DNA of 63,952 nucleotides, counting the filler, from Lama guanicoe (Eukaryota), in the NCBI GenBank assembly GCA_013239625.1. It is 169 parts of 169 records of this genome, joined end to end, with 100 filler letters (N's around TTAATTAATTAA, not from the genome) between each part and the next. Parts side by side here need not be neighbours in the genome. Positions count along the whole stretch, not along the records: positions 13,233 to 13,511 come from PNXV01052434.1; positions 13,612 to 13,890 come from PNXV01052435.1; positions 13,991 to 14,269 come from PNXV01052436.1; positions 14,370 to 14,647 come from PNXV01052437.1; positions 14,748 to 15,026 come from PNXV01052438.1; positions 15,127 to 15,405 come from PNXV01052439.1; positions 15,506 to 15,784 come from PNXV01052440.1; positions 15,885 to 16,163 come from PNXV01052441.1; 161 more parts are not named here. The stretch is one strand, 5' to 3'. The translations under genes were made by a program, and so were the position numbers. This document shows positions 13,486-26,014 of this stretch, in pieces. The notes under the pieces are model-generated. The model saw only the letters and a list, made by a program, of their open reading frames with translations. It did no database searches and had not been told where the DNA came from. Each line of letters starts with the position of its first letter. The first letter of the stretch is position 1.

Positions 13486-15126
13486 ACCGCCTCCCTTATC
13501 AGCAACGCCTCNNNNNNNNNNNNNNNNNNNNNNNNNNNNNNNNNNNNNNNNNNNNTTAATTAATTAANNNNNNNNNNNNNNNNNNNNNNNNNNNNNNNNN
13601 NNNNNNNNNNNTGGAGCCCCTGACTCAGGCCCTGTGTTCACAGCAGAGAACAGAGAGGAGGTTGCTGCCTCACGGGAACTGCACGGAGAGGGTGGGAATG
13701 TGCTGTGGTCACTTGTCCACATCCAGCCCTGTGTGGTTGGTGCAGAGAAGTTAGTATATCCAAACAAAGACACATATGACACTTTGATGTTTATATTAAT
13801 AATAAAACCTAAAAGCAAATTAGAAGTCTATCACACAGCATATTTATTTCAATTCATCTAAATTTATGTAGAACTTGAAAAAAATGAGATNNNNNNNNNN
13901 NNNNNNNNNNNNNNNNNNNNNNNNNNNNNNNNNNTTAATTAATTAANNNNNNNNNNNNNNNNNNNNNNNNNNNNNNNNNNNNNNNNNNNNGGATAATTTC
14001 AAATTATATGTATGGCGCCCATGACATTTCTGTTGGACAATATTGTCTTAGTTCAAGTGTGTCAGCTGTGTGGGGAACGGGGAGGAGGGAAGTGGAGAGA
14101 GGCAGGGCTGCAGGGGGGAGGGGCAGGAGCGGGGCTGCTTGCTGGTTTAAGTCAACAGTGGCCAGGGTCACAGAATCACACGATCTAAAACATGGCAGCC
14201 CCTGGGGAAGTACCTGCTCATGGCTCCTTTGCTCAGATGTAGACCCTGAGATGGGCAGGCACCTGGGCGNNNNNNNNNNNNNNNNNNNNNNNNNNNNNNN
14301 NNNNNNNNNNNNNTTAATTAATTAANNNNNNNNNNNNNNNNNNNNNNNNNNNNNNNNNNNNNNNNNNNNATTTTCCTTAGTGTTGTATTTTTAGCAGTGC
14401 ATTTATGAAATGTTTTAAAAGTATTCCAATGAGAATTGCAAAGGAGACAGGAAGAAAAGGAGGAGGATCCTGTAGGACATAGCAACCAATTGTAACCCAA
14501 TTGCCAATTGGTACCCAAATTGTAACCCAGTGACCATTGGGTATTTATAAGTATTTTAGGATAATTGATAGTAGTATTTCTATGTATGATAGTTTCTATG
14601 GTTATGTTTAGAAAACAAACCTTATCTTTTATCAACCTATCCTGACANNNNNNNNNNNNNNNNNNNNNNNNNNNNNNNNNNNNNNNNNNNNTTAATTAAT
14701 TAANNNNNNNNNNNNNNNNNNNNNNNNNNNNNNNNNNNNNNNNNNNNACTGTTAGGCAGTCCATAAATGGGGTTTAATTCTTTTTCCAAAATTTAAACAG
14801 CGTGAGAAAAGACCTATGATGTAAATTAGCCGTAAAATTGTCTGCTAAAAAAACAAGGTTTACAGACTATATGAAATGAGCTGCAAATATGCCAGGATAT
14901 AGGTTACAGAGTCGTAATTCAATTACACTGTCCCATGTGTGGGACACGCAGGAAGCTTGTAAGGTAAGATTAGGAATCTAATTCTGGTAGACTGTACTAT
15001 AGACACTTAAAAAATATATTTTTTGTNNNNNNNNNNNNNNNNNNNNNNNNNNNNNNNNNNNNNNNNNNNNTTAATTAATTAANNNNNNNNNNNNNNNNNN
15101 NNNNNNNNNNNNNNNNNNNNNNNNNN

Positions 15127-15405
15127 ATTTTCTATTTCTTCCTGATTCAGTCAATTTCTAGGAATTTGCCCATTTCTCTTATGTTTTCTATTTTAGTGAT
15201 GAATAATTGTCCATAGTAATGTTTTATGATCTTTTATATATCCATGATGCAAGCTTCAACTTCTACTTTTTGATTTCTGATTTTATTCATTTGCCCTTCC
15301 ACCTTTTTTCCTTGTGATTAGTCTGGCTAAAGATATGTCAAATTTATTTATCTTTTCAAGAATGAGCCCTCAGGTTTCATTGACCTTGTCTATTATTTTC
15401 TTTGT
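15127..15405 (-). mobile_element. LINE-1 ORF2 fragment
   Basis: atttctatttcttcctgattcagtc...ctaggaatttgcccatttct...tagtctggctaaagat...tatcttttcaagaatgagccctc. Confidence 0.8.
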
Positions 15406-18400
15406 NNNNNNNNNNNNNNNNNNNNNNNNNNNNNNNNNNNNNNNNNNNNTTAATTAATTAANNNNNNNNNNNNNNNNNNNNNNNNNNNNNNNNNNNNNNN
15501 NNNNNCTACTCCCTCAGACAGTATAGGAGAAGTCCAGTTGTTTCAAATCTTTGCCCTTGACTCCACTTCAGAGTGTCTCTTTTTCATTGATATTTTAGTT
15601 ATTAAATGGATATAAGGTGGAGTCATACTGTGATTTTACTCAATCTTCTGATGACAAATAAAGTTAAGTGCCTTTTCATGTATTAACTGGCCACTTGGAT
15701 ATCCTCTTTGATGGAGTGCCTGTCCATGCTTTTAGCAATATTTTATTTATTTTTTTCTTAGTGAGTAATAAGAGTAGGACTCATNNNNNNNNNNNNNNNN
15801 NNNNNNNNNNNNNNNNNNNNNNNNNNNNTTAATTAATTAANNNNNNNNNNNNNNNNNNNNNNNNNNNNNNNNNNNNNNNNNNNNTAAGTATCTCGGTCTT
15901 CTGCAGTCTGTAACAACAAAATTGCCCTTTAAAGAAAGGACAAGTATTTAAATTATCCATGTGCAACAGCATTCTTTTACTCTTCCTCCTTAACTGGATC
16001 TACAGAGTTTTGTTGTCATCATTTAATTCTACTAATGGTTTAACTAGTTCCATACAGCTTATTCATATTTTATTAAATTGGTACCACAAACGTACTTTTA
16101 GTTAGATTTTAGGTTGTCAGGAAAATAACTTTAATAAAGTGACCTCTTAGTAAATGAAATCATNNNNNNNNNNNNNNNNNNNNNNNNNNNNNNNNNNNNN
16201 NNNNNNNTTAATTAATTAANNNNNNNNNNNNNNNNNNNNNNNNNNNNNNNNNNNNNNNNNNNNTTTTTTTCCCCCTAATTATAAAAATTGCATTTACTGT
16301 ACAAAATTTAGATAAAATGGAGAAATGTAGAAAAGAAGATAGAGTGACCCACAAACCTGCCCATAGGACTGTGCCACACTTTTTTGGTATAGTCTACTGA
16401 GCTCTTTTTCTTAGACACACGATACACGTTTTAAGCATTGTTGGGATACCCTCCATCTGATTTCGTGTTCTAATTGTACAATGTGCTCCTGAAGTTGTAT
16501 TTTGCATATTGATTTATCCCTGATGTATCTTTATGGTTAAATNNNNNNNNNNNNNNNNNNNNNNNNNNNNNNNNNNNNNNNNNNNNTTAATTAATTAANN
16601 NNNNNNNNNNNNNNNNNNNNNNNNNNNNNNNNNNNNNNNNNNCGGTGACGTCCACGCTCTGCTGCTCACCAGCTGCCCGTTTCTGATGTGCATGATCACC
16701 CCACGCTTGCTCTGCCTTCCTTTCTGCAGAACAGCTGTCATGCTCTCCACCTCTTCCCCTCTGTCAGCCTCGGCACTGCGATGTCTCTGTTTGCTTGAGC
16801 CATTCTCAGATTTTAGAGTCTGTTCTTTATTTTCTTATTTCTGTCTCGGGCCATCTTCCATTCTGCTCCCCCGAGCACAGCTATAATCCTTTTGAGGATA
16901 TATACCTCTTATCTATTCCTCNNNNNNNNNNNNNNNNNNNNNNNNNNNNNNNNNNNNNNNNNNNNTTAATTAATTAANNNNNNNNNNNNNNNNNNNNNNN
17001 NNNNNNNNNNNNNNNNNNNNNTTTTAAACTATGAATTGAACTTATGTTCTGGTGACTGGTATATATGTGCTTTTTTAAAAGTTTAGAATAAAAGTATCTG
17101 CTATTAATATGTTTGAGAGGAAGAGATTATTTTGAATTGCAATTATTTGGCTATAAACCAATGACAAAGAAAGAACAAGAAAATACAATAGAGATTTAGG
17201 CATTGGAGACAGTGAGCGTGAGATGTATCTTCAAGCTGAGGGGCCACCCACCACCACCCCATCTTGGTGGTTCCTCAGGAGTTGAACAGCCTGGCCATCC
17301 NNNNNNNNNNNNNNNNNNNNNNNNNNNNNNNNNNNNNNNNNNNNTTAATTAATTAANNNNNNNNNNNNNNNNNNNNNNNNNNNNNNNNNNNNNNNNNNNN
17401 CACAGCACCAACCCTGCTCTATCAGCTGACAAGGGAGAGAATGACCCCCATGCCGGCTTCCTGGAGGCATGTGAGTGCCTGGAAGCAAAGGCACGCACCT
17501 ACCAGTCCACCAGGCTGGAGAGCACAGGGGTTTAATCCAAGCCCAACCCTCCTGCACTGACTTTGACAAAGAAGGGGAAAATAAACTGCAAAACAGCCAG
17601 CCCTCCCCACTAAGCCAAGCCATTCTGCATGCAGTGGTGGGGGAGGCGCAGCTGGATAGCTTGGGCCCTGACTGGGTTANNNNNNNNNNNNNNNNNNNNN
17701 NNNNNNNNNNNNNNNNNNNNNNNTTAATTAATTAANNNNNNNNNNNNNNNNNNNNNNNNNNNNNNNNNNNNNNNNNNNNTTATCCAGTGACCAGAGCTTT
17801 GGGGTAGCATTAAATGAAAAATCGAAAACCAGGGTGATAATAAAATAGACACATTATTGACTTGAAGCCCCAATATCTCTACCAAAGTTTTATGAAACAT
17901 CATGTGATTATATAAACCTTAGGTTTTAAAACAGTTTCATAGAGGTAATATGAACCCTCAGCAAAAAATCTGGCACTTATCTCCAAAGGAGAAAACTGAG
18001 TTTTGAGGTCCCCTGAGTTAACTTTTTCCTTCTGGTAATAGATTTTTTAAGATCTGAGNNNNNNNNNNNNNNNNNNNNNNNNNNNNNNNNNNNNNNNNNN
18101 NNTTAATTAATTAANNNNNNNNNNNNNNNNNNNNNNNNNNNNNNNNNNNNNNNNNNNNTTCCACGTTATTAAAATTGGGGCATTGCCATGTTCTAGGAAG
18201 AAAGTATCTGTGGTAATAATGTTGGATATATTGGTGGCACTCAAATCATCTGTCCATTGAACTGATTCAATTCGTAATCCACAGTGTCCGTAGCAGTGCG
18301 AGTTCCTGCTTGAATTTGTGCTCCCCTTGAATTTGAGTGGAGGTACACGGTTGGTAGCCATGCTATGGACCATTTGTTCAGGTACTTACAGACCTGGGAA

Positions 18401-18536
18401 AAACTCCTAGGTTTGGTAGTAACATCTGTCAGTCCTNNNNNNNNNNNNNNNNNNNNNNNNNNNNNNNNNNNNNNNNNNNNTTAATTAATTAANNNNNNNN
18501 NNNNNNNNNNNNNNNNNNNNNNNNNNNNNNNNNNNN

Positions 18537-18554
18537 CACACACACACACACACA
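18537..18554. repeat. (CA)n microsatellite at contig start, followed by an old L1 ORF1-like fragment
   Basis: Direct reading. Confidence 0.9.
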
Positions 18555-20535
18555 GTATATGTAATGCAGTTAAGGGACAAGAAAGAATAACTGAAGGAGA
18601 AGTTTTAATAATTATCTAATCCCAGAAAAAGAGAGAATGAAAGGAATGGCAGAGAATTGATATTTGAAGAGATAATTGTTGAACTCTTTCCAAAACTGGG
18701 TAAAGACATGAGTCATTAAACAGAAAGTGCATTCTAAGAATCTGGTAAGATAAATACAAGTAAATCCAGTCACAGACACATTAAAAAATAGCAAGGGTTA
18801 TGGGGAAATCTTTACNNNNNNNNNNNNNNNNNNNNNNNNNNNNNNNNNNNNNNNNNNNNTTAATTAATTAANNNNNNNNNNNNNNNNNNNNNNNNNNNNN
18901 NNNNNNNNNNNNNNNAAAAAAACCCTTTATTATTTTTGCTTCTGCATCATATAAAGTATGCAAAAAGATTAAAGAGGAGTTGCATTAATGGCTAGAAACA
19001 TTGTCTCTGACCTTGGGTTGTTACTCAATTCTAAATGATGGGCTTTATTTTATTTTTTAGCTGTGGCTCATCATAGACTCTCTGTCTTACTCTTTCTTTA
19101 CACTCTGTCAATTTTAGCTTTTGAGTCAGCAACACTTTTAAGTCCTTCACTTATACACTGACTTTCCAAATTCTCTACTCTATCTAGAAATAAANNNNNN
19201 NNNNNNNNNNNNNNNNNNNNNNNNNNNNNNNNNNNNNNTTAATTAATTAANNNNNNNNNNNNNNNNNNNNNNNNNNNNNNNNNNNNNNNNNNNNGTTGCT
19301 TTGAGAACTACATCCATTTAATTAATTCTTATTATTGGGACATGGCAGCATTTGTCTGCTGTTGAAGGAGGTTTGGGGCCTGGTGAGAAACTGGAGGAGG
19401 TATTCTCCATGACAGGTGCAGCTTCTTCGACCCACTGGCACTCTGCCATGGGGGCAGCACTGAGCAATTAAATCATATGGCTAAGATGGTAGGTTGGAAT
19501 TTCAGCTCCACCACGTACAGCTGTCTGACTCAGGACAGTCTGTGTCTCTTTTTCCGTTTCTTAAAAAAAAAAANNNNNNNNNNNNNNNNNNNNNNNNNNN
19601 NNNNNNNNNNNNNNNNNTTAATTAATTAANNNNNNNNNNNNNNNNNNNNNNNNNNNNNNNNNNNNNNNNNNNNATTCTGAAAAATCTTCAAAATAAATAA
19701 CAAGCTAATAGGACACAGGGAAGAACATTCTGCACAAAGGTTTTGAGATTAAAAAAATTAAAAGCATTTGAACATTTGTAAATATTTCAGCTTAATTACA
19801 TGGTTATATCTTGTTTCACAGTTCAAGATTTAGGTTAACCTTCACTGATGTATATTTTCACATTTATTTTACATTCCTGTAGTAATTAACAAATCATATT
19901 GCATTTGCCCTCTCATTGTCTGTATTAATATTTTCTCTCCTGACTTGTCTCTNNNNNNNNNNNNNNNNNNNNNNNNNNNNNNNNNNNNNNNNNNNNTTAA
20001 TTAATTAANNNNNNNNNNNNNNNNNNNNNNNNNNNNNNNNNNNNNNNNNNNNAATTAGGAGATGGCTCCCATATTATTGCTCCCAAGAAACCTATAGGAT
20101 GAATGTTTCCAAGGTCTGTCCATCAACCCACTTATTTTAAGCGGCAATTTTGGCAGTCTCAAAGCTGGGGAGTGGAGAGAACAAGACATTAGGAATTTCT
20201 GTCTGAAGGAGTCTCCAAGATTCTTCCCTGACCCTACGTTTAATGTGTGCAGGATCTGTACTGTGGGCTCTTTTTTCATTCTTTATCTTGGATATTTGTT
20301 TTGTCTTTTTTCTTTCTTAAGCCTCTCACCANNNNNNNNNNNNNNNNNNNNNNNNNNNNNNNNNNNNNNNNNNNNTTAATTAATTAANNNNNNNNNNNNN
20401 NNNNNNNNNNNNNNNNNNNNNNNNNNNNNNNGTGGTACTTTAGACTCTAAAAAGGAGACTTGCAAGCTTATATCCCCCCAGATTAAAAGGCCAGGTGTTA
20501 AGAGAATTTTTAAGTTAAGTCCAAACTCTTGCATT

Positions 20536-20690
20536 CACTCAGCCTCAATGTCCTCATCTCGTAAATGGGTATAAACATCATCATGCCTTTTTCCTGGGGG
20601 CTCGTAGGGGTTAAGTGTGATAACACTTTTCAGGGGCTCGGGGGCAGGCACATGGCACGTATGAGAGAACATGTTTCTGCCATCATCATG
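20536..20690 (+). mobile_element. MIR SINE 3' part
   Basis: ctcagcctcaatgtcctcatctcgtaaatgggtataa...ggggttaagtgtgataacac...ggcacatggcacgta matches the MIR core and tail. Confidence 0.7.
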
Positions 20691-20811
20691 GGACAATGTG
20701 GTTATCGAATNNNNNNNNNNNNNNNNNNNNNNNNNNNNNNNNNNNNNNNNNNNNTTAATTAATTAANNNNNNNNNNNNNNNNNNNNNNNNNNNNNNNNNN
20801 NNNNNNNNNNC

Positions 20812-21089
20812 CCCCTTCACTCATGTCTAAAGGACAGGAGGGACTTCAAACTTCCCTGGGGAAGAGAGAATATCGCCCAAAACCAGATGGCTCATGGCCC
20901 CTGTTCTTACCATCAGATGCTCCAGCAGATTTTCCACCTGTTTAGCACAGAGCACAGCTATGCTGCTTGGGACAACACTTCCCTCCATAAACTACTCTCC
21001 AGTCTAGATCTCAGCCTGCACCAACTGGAGCAGACGGAAGAAGGCAATCTAGACTGTCCCTTTTGGGGAACTGCTGTTCGGGAGTATTT
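20812..21089 (+). CDS. Type I interferon, interferon-delta-like; partial, intronless, open across the contig
   Basis: PLHSCLKDRRDFKLPWGRENIAQNQMAHGPCSYHQMLQQIFHLFSTEHSYAAWDNTSLHKLLSSLDLSLHQLEQTEEGNLDCPFWGTAVREYF. It has the type I IFN motifs CLKDRxDF, MLQQIFxLF, AAW and VRxYF. The DFxxPW, the extra Cys before MLQQI and the short LEQ..E.NL.C segment are IFN-delta-like. Confidence 0.85.
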
Positions 21090-21241
21090 NNNNNNNNNNN
21101 NNNNNNNNNNNNNNNNNNNNNNNNNNNNNNNNNTTAATTAATTAANNNNNNNNNNNNNNNNNNNNNNNNNNNNNNNNNNNNNNNNNNNNGGAGTCCTCGC
21201 GATCACTCTTCGGCTGCGTCTCCGTCTGCCTCCCAGAGACC

Positions 21242-21468
21242 ATGGCCGGGTTCCCGCGCGCCCCGCTGCTCCTGTTGGCCGCCCTGGCCCTGGCCCTGGC
21301 CCTGGCCGTGAGCCCCGCGGCCGGGCAGACCTCCAAACGGAACCGCTTGGTGGGCGGCCTGATGGACGCGGAGGTCAACGAGGAGGGCGTGCAGAAGGCG
21401 CTGTCCTTCGCCCTCAGCGAGTACAACAAGGCGAGCAACGACGCCTTCCACAGCCGCGTGATGCATCT
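21242..21468 (+). CDS. CST3: Cystatin C-like (type 2 cystatin) exon 1, signal peptide plus N-terminus, partial
   Basis: Good Kozak context gagaccATGG. Encodes MAGFPRAPLLLLAALALALALAVSPAAGQTSKRNRLVGGLMDAEVNEEGVQKALSFALSEYNKASNDAFHSRVMH, with RLVGG and EEGV..AL.FA..EYNKASND motifs. CpG-rich. It could be a CST3 paralog rather than the orthologue. Confidence 0.8.
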
Positions 21469-21568
21469 NNNNNNNNNNNNNNNNNNNNNNNNNNNNNNNN
21501 NNNNNNNNNNNNTTAATTAATTAANNNNNNNNNNNNNNNNNNNNNNNNNNNNNNNNNNNNNNNNNNNN

Positions 21569-21845
21569 CCCTGGAGAATGTCATTCTAAGTGAAGTTAGC
21601 CAGAAAGAGAAAGAAAATTACCATATGATATCACTTATACGTGGAATTAAAAAAAAAAAAGACAAATGAACTTAAACATAAAACAGAAACAAACTCACAG
21701 ACATAGAGTACAAACTTGTGGTTTTGCCAGTAGGGAGGCAGGTGGGAAGGGATAGACTGGGAGTTCAAGATTGGTAGATACTGGCAGGTATATACAGACT
21801 AGATAAACAAGATTATACTGTATAGCACAGGGAAATATGTACAAG
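21569..21845 (+). mobile_element. LINE-1 ORF2 end and 3' UTR (lineage-young type)
   Basis: cctggagaatgtcattctaagtgaagttagccagaaagagaaagaaaattaccatatgatatcactta...actcacagacatagag...tatagcacagggaaatat. Confidence 0.85.
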
Positions 21846-23461
21846 NNNNNNNNNNNNNNNNNNNNNNNNNNNNNNNNNNNNNNNNNNNNTTAATTAATTA
21901 ANNNNNNNNNNNNNNNNNNNNNNNNNNNNNNNNNNNNNNNNNNNNTGCTTACTATCACACAACTGTTAATGACTATTTCCTTTGATTAAACACAATAAAT
22001 ATGGGAGAATTTGAGAGGCTCGTGGAGTAGGCTCCCTACTCCCTATCGATTTCTGGACTTTTTCCACTGTCTTGAATAATCATTCCGTGTCGGTAAGATT
22101 TCTGCCAGCCAGAACTCAGAGTTCCAGGTGAGAAGGATGCAGTTTTATCTCTCCTACCGGAGGGAGAGAGAGAACATAATTGAGATCTGCTTCCTTGTGG
22201 TTCACCTGCAGCCTTCTGGCCTCTNNNNNNNNNNNNNNNNNNNNNNNNNNNNNNNNNNNNNNNNNNNNTTAATTAATTAANNNNNNNNNNNNNNNNNNNN
22301 NNNNNNNNNNNNNNNNNNNNNNNNATTCCACACACAGTCTTTGTGAGTGTGGTACTTGAATGGTAGTGGTGCAAGAAAGCAGTATGCAGAGGCAGCCTCT
22401 GTCTGCAGGAAGCTGAGAACATATAGACAGTCACAGGCGGGCAAACAGAGTCGGCACGTGTGAGTGGTGTGTGTGCCAACGCCGCACGCTGTGTCCTCCA
22501 CGCCGCACCACGTCTCCAGAGGTGCACGTGTGATTCCTCATCTGGAAGCATCTTCAGGTGGGAGGAAAGGACTAGCAGTCACAACGTTTCAGTTTGGAGG
22601 ACTNNNNNNNNNNNNNNNNNNNNNNNNNNNNNNNNNNNNNNNNNNNNTTAATTAATTAANNNNNNNNNNNNNNNNNNNNNNNNNNNNNNNNNNNNNNNNN
22701 NNNGTGGGGTGATGGTTTAAAGCAGAAGTCAAAGCGGAAGCCCATCTGAGAAGTGGTAAAAACATGCATCTCAAAGAATCCGAGTTATGGCGAAAAGATG
22801 TAGGAAAGTTAAGGAAATCTCTATCCACCAGACAAGAATAGCCAGTCATAAAAATACAGCACTTTAAATCAAGAAACGTTTTTTGGTTTTTTGGTGATAA
22901 AAAACAATGCCATATTTTAAAACAAGGCTTGGACCATCAACAACACGCTGAGAGTTGTTGAGGAGGAGAACATAAAGCTGCANNNNNNNNNNNNNNNNNN
23001 NNNNNNNNNNNNNNNNNNNNNNNNNNTTAATTAATTAANNNNNNNNNNNNNNNNNNNNNNNNNNNNNNNNNNNNNNNNNNNNAAACGTAGAGTTTTCTAT
23101 CATCAAATTGATTGCAGTTGTTTATCTGTAAAGACCATTGGGCGGCAGGTCAGGTTTGGCCCGTGGACCGCAGTTTGCTGGCACCTTAGTGTGCTTGGTG
23201 GGTGAGACTCACGCCTGTGCTATGAACTTCTGTGTTCCTGGGAGATAAATCTCAGGCACCTTTTGATAATCACACCAGGTATCATTTAGCCCACAGTTCT
23301 TCCTTAATACTGCAGTGGATTTCAGTGTTTAGTTTTATGTTGATTCTTGTTTTTTTTTTTTNNNNNNNNNNNNNNNNNNNNNNNNNNNNNNNNNNNNNNN
23401 NNNNNTTAATTAATTAANNNNNNNNNNNNNNNNNNNNNNNNNNNNNNNNNNNNNNNNNNNN

Positions 23462-23590
23462 CCTTACCTCTTTGGATCAGTTCCTCAGAGCTATCTGAGA
23501 GGCTGTTTCCAGGCTATTGTCCTCAGTAATGTCTCTGAATAAAACGTAATTTTCAACTTTTAGGTTGTGCAGCCTTTTTTCAGTCAATAT
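23462..23590 (+). mobile_element. ERV1-class LTR 3' end (MER34-like)
   Basis: gttcctcagagctatctgagaggctgtttcc...gtcctcag...AATAAAac...ttgtgc...ttttcagtcaa. Confidence 0.55.
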
Positions 23591-24219
23591 ACACAATGTC
23601 AATTCCCTTTTCCATTTTGCACAAGAACTTTAGTAACAAGTGATAATACTTTTCTATTCTTTTTAGAGGATCATTTGGGATCTTGTGTTTCTTCTAAGTA
23701 TAAGAAATTTACACAGCAGAAATGGACAAACAAGGGGCTTNNNNNNNNNNNNNNNNNNNNNNNNNNNNNNNNNNNNNNNNNNNNTTAATTAATTAANNNN
23801 NNNNNNNNNNNNNNNNNNNNNNNNNNNNNNNNNNNNNNNNTCCTTAAATATTACAGTGTGACTTGATTCTCCTCCAAATTTATTTTTAGACTGACTGTGG
23901 CAGAGTTAAGTTTTTAAAAATTAAACCACTTACTGCATTCCTACAAGTTACTTGTTAACTTGGAGTCCAATGTGAGATTTAATTATATGCAAAAGACTGA
24001 AAATATAATGGTTTTGAAAGTCACTATACATTAAATTGCTGTTACCTTATCGCCTTCGGAAAAAGTGACTCCATCCACCGCTCTTTTCCAAGTGATTTCT
24101 GGAATAGGCTCCCCTTCTGNNNNNNNNNNNNNNNNNNNNNNNNNNNNNNNNNNNNNNNNNNNNTTAATTAATTAANNNNNNNNNNNNNNNNNNNNNNNNN
24201 NNNNNNNNNNNNNNNNNNN

Positions 24220-24498
24220 GAGGTTCCAGTGCTAGGCTGGGATCAGAATCAGGCCCCAGCTCTGTCTCCTCGACCCAAAGGTAATAACACCAAAGCTATA
24301 GACATAGATCTACCTTTGGATGTTCTGGGAAGCCCAGATTGACCTCCAGAGCCCCCTGAGGAGGCTGAAATTTCTTCATCCCTGCCAGAGGCCTGAACTC
24401 ATCATCCAGAGCCCACCAAGGAGGTTGACTCTCCACCCCAGCAAGAGGCCCCTGAGAAGGTTGAACCTTTTCTACCCCAGCAGAGGCCCAGGCTCAGC
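24220..24498 (+). pseudogene. LRRC37A-like exon 1 repeat region, disrupted
   Basis: EVPVLGWDQNQAPALSP...GSPD*PPEPPEEAEISSSLPEA*THHPEPTKEVDSPPQQEAPEKVEPFLPQQ, showing LRRC37-type PPEPPEE/QQEAP/KEVE repeats. TGA stops at 24340 and 24394, and a probable 1-bp deletion near 24484. Confidence 0.7.
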
Positions 24499-24977
24499 NN
24501 NNNNNNNNNNNNNNNNNNNNNNNNNNNNNNNNNNNNNNNNNNTTAATTAATTAANNNNNNNNNNNNNNNNNNNNNNNNNNNNNNNNNNNNNNNNNNNNGA
24601 GTGTAAGTAAACGAGTGACTCTCATTGCACGTAATTGCTGTTTTGAGGACACTGAGGTCACGTTAAGTTGAGCCGGGCCCATTGTGTATAGAACAGCTGA
24701 TAAACTGGATCGTCAGAGTTCTCATTAGATGCGCTGAGTTGCAAGCTTCAGAGTCACTCTGTCTTCAGCCCCGCGTTTTTCCCGTTTCGCGTCACATTTC
24801 ATCCTGTGCACATGGGAAGTTCCTGCCCAGACGCAGGAGCCTTGAACGCGTCCCCTGTAACAGTGTGCGCTGGTCCCNNNNNNNNNNNNNNNNNNNNNNN
24901 NNNNNNNNNNNNNNNNNNNNNTTAATTAATTAANNNNNNNNNNNNNNNNNNNNNNNNNNNNNNNNNNNNNNNNNNNN

Positions 24978-25256
24978 AAAAACAAAACAAAGGAACAAAC
25001 ATAATAAAACAGCAACAGATTCATAGATACAGAGAGCAAACAGGTGGTTTCCAGAGGGGAGGGTAGTGGAGGGAGGAGAGAAATAGGTACAAACTTCCAG
25101 TTACAAAATAAGTGGGTCACAAGTATGACATGTACAGCATGGGGAATATAGTCAATAATTATGTAATATTTGTGTATGGTGACAGATGGTAACCAGATTT
25201 ATCATCGTGATCATTTTGTAATGTATAGAAATATCTAATCACTATGTTGTGTACCA
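24978..25256 (+). mobile_element. LINE-1 3' UTR (L1MA-like)
   Basis: cagattcatagatacagagagcaaacaggtggtttccagaggg...ggtacaaacttccagttacaaaataag...gtacagcatggggaatatagtcaataa. Confidence 0.85.
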
Positions 25257-25735
25257 NNNNNNNNNNNNNNNNNNNNNNNNNNNNNNNNNNNNNNNNNNNN
25301 TTAATTAATTAANNNNNNNNNNNNNNNNNNNNNNNNNNNNNNNNNNNNNNNNNNNNCTGAGATTGCCACTAATTCTCAGTCAGAGAGAACGCTTTCTAGA
25401 AAGGGGCAGCTCGGATTACTGGAGGGAGGCACTCCCTGCTCTGGGCGCTGGCGTCACAGCAGGGAGCAGGCAGAAAGCCCTTGTCCCGGTGGACCTGACC
25501 GTCCGGTTCACAAAGACCGATAAATGAGCTAGTTTTAGGCAGTGATAAGTGCTGTGAAGCCCTGAGATGGGATGGGGTGATAATGCAAGTTAGAGTAAAC
25601 CTGTTAAATTGCTCTTTCAGTGCAAGGTGAGAACANNNNNNNNNNNNNNNNNNNNNNNNNNNNNNNNNNNNNNNNNNNNTTAATTAATTAANNNNNNNNN
25701 NNNNNNNNNNNNNNNNNNNNNNNNNNNNNNNNNNN

Positions 25736-26014
25736 TCATAAGGATGCTCACTGAGATCAGAAGAACAATATATAAGCAAAGTGAGAATTTCAACAAAGAT
25801 AGAAAATATAACAAACAACAGAACATAAATCACAAAGCTGAAGAGTACAAAGACTGAACTGAAAAATTCATTAGAGTAGTCCAACATCAGAATAGATAAG
25901 TCCTGCTTTAGTGCGTTCTGCTGTTGCTAGGTGGAATATTCTGTAAAGTGCTGCTGAGTCAGGTCTAACATGTCATTTAAGTTCAATGTCTCTTTATCGA
26001 TTTTCTGTCTGGAT
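25736..26014. mobile_element. Two convergent L1 fragments (ORF1 on +, then ORF2-EN on -)
   Basis: aaagtgagaatttcaacaaagatagaaaatata...ctgaactgaaaaattcattagag (ORF1), then ggtggaatattctgtaaa...tttaagttcaatgtctctttatcgattttctgtctggat (antisense EN). Confidence 0.7.

Noticed and set aside
20811..21468. Apparent interferon plus cystatin immune gene cluster
   Set aside because: They sit on separate contigs placed next to each other only by length sorting; there is no linkage evidence.
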